A stretch of 64,000 nucleotides of DNA, taken from Parcubacteria group bacterium Gr01-1014_8. GTDB lineage: Bacteria > Patescibacteriota > Minisyncoccia > Phycocordibacterales > UBA2100. Below are positions 63,608 to 64,000 of the stretch, piece by piece. The stretch is from NCBI GenBank assembly GCA_007376385.1, contig VMGC01000001.1:320001-384000 (forward strand). The letters are read 5' to 3'. Each line of letters begins with the position of its first letter. The stretch's first letter is position 1. Both the position numbers and the translations under genes were made by a program. The notes beneath the pieces are model-generated. The model searched no databases and was not told the DNA's origin. It was given only the letters and a program-made list of their open reading frames with translations.

Positions 63608-64000
63608 ATGGTGATAACAGACGCTGAAGTAAAAAACATCGAAGAGAAGGCGCTGGCAATTCGCAAGACCATCGTCGAAATGTTGGAGGCTGCTAAATCG
63701 GGACACTTGGCTGGACCGCTTGGCATGACTGATATTTTTGCCGCGCTGTATTTTCACGTACTCAAACACAACCCAAAAGATCCTGCGTGGGCGGAGCGGG
63801 ATAGATTATTCCTCTCGAACGGACATATTTGTCCAGTGCGATATTCCGCGATGGCTCATGCGGGATATTTTCCCGTAGAAGAATGTATGACGCTTCGCAA
63901 ATTCGGCTCTCGCCTGCAAGGGCATCCGGAGCGTGACATGCTTCCGGGTGTTGAGACCACATCAGGCCCGCTTGGCTCGGGTCTTTCGCAAGCATCAGGG
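63608..64000 (+). CDS. Transketolase, N-terminal subunit (partial; continues beyond window end)
   Basis: AKSGHLAGPLGMTDIFAALYFHVLKHNPKDPAWAERDRLFLSNGH...GHPE...ETTSGPLGSG is the TPP-binding N-terminal signature. Confidence 0.8.
   Translation, partial: MVITDAEVKNIEEKALAIRKTIVEMLEAAKSGHLAGPLGMTDIFAALYFHVLKHNPKDPAWAERDRLFLSNGHICPVRYSAMAHAGYFPVEECMTLRKFGSRLQGHPERDMLPGVETTSGPLGSGLSQASG

Noticed and set aside
1-64000. CRISPR arrays, rRNA or tRNA genes
   Set aside because: No regularly spaced short direct repeats with unique spacers, no rRNA-like conserved stretches, and no cloverleaf-compatible tRNA signatures were seen in any intergenic region.

Overview
The window is about 50% GC, bacterial and densely coding, and has five parts. 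Gene content suggests a small-genome uncultivated lineage such as Patescibacteria/CPR: a SecA without the C-terminal Zn-finger tail, a 4051-aa surface protein, pseudopilin, lnt, and abundant glycosylation genes. This lineage call is an inference, not a demonstrated fact.

(1) 1-12.6 kb is a surface-glycan/glycosylation cluster. It holds a UDP-sugar dehydrogenase, a cytidylyltransferase-cupin fusion, two GtrA + GT2 pairs flanking a polytopic GT-C-like membrane protein, asnB, two SAM methyltransferases, a large membrane protein, and an O-antigen-ligase (Wzy_C)-TPR protein.

(2) A repeat-rich 850-bp intergenic region is followed by secA and gatB.

(3) 18.4-36.6 kb is an accessory island. Two divergent IS200/IS605-type (Y1 HUH, RAYT-like) transposase genes with REP-like hairpin repeats bracket the module. 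The module contains a tail-anchored protein with two HTH_17-like motifs and a 4051-aa repetitive Gly/Thr/Ser/Asn-rich giant surface protein. The giant has the same HTH-like motif at its cytoplasmic N-terminus and is followed by a single TM helix. After the island come an orphan paralogous 3' fragment and three tandem secreted paralogs sharing an unrecognised C-terminal domain. One of the three is extremely Gly-rich and one carries (STYYSQ)x4.

(4) 36.7-55.2 kb is an 18.5-kb locus packed with nine paralogs of an unrecognised exported Cys/His-rich protein family. Its conserved motifs are C-H-x-x-G-H, C-x-x-G-F-Y-H-G, C-Y-H-G-x-G-H-G and C-x-G-G-V-F-M-E. Two members are fused to a Cys-less, His-rich cupredoxin-like domain, and a standalone copy of that domain is also present. 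Interleaved with the family are lnt, membrane proteins, and two sulfatase-family enzymes that have Thr at the nucleophile position and so are not FGly sulfatases. I regard this locus as the best candidate for an undescribed system.

(5) 55.2-64 kb is housekeeping: a DUF5011-like secreted protein, gap, rpiB, rpe, aroQ, aroE, DAHP synthase, aroB, a PPC/DUF296 protein, a pseudopilin and the transketolase N-subunit.

A previously unannotated family of about 133-190-nt intergenic repeat elements with strong hairpins occurs at four or more loci. One copy supplies the last 41 codons and the stop of one Cys-rich family gene. Inverted blocks of related sequence flank secA. No rRNA, tRNA or CRISPR was found.
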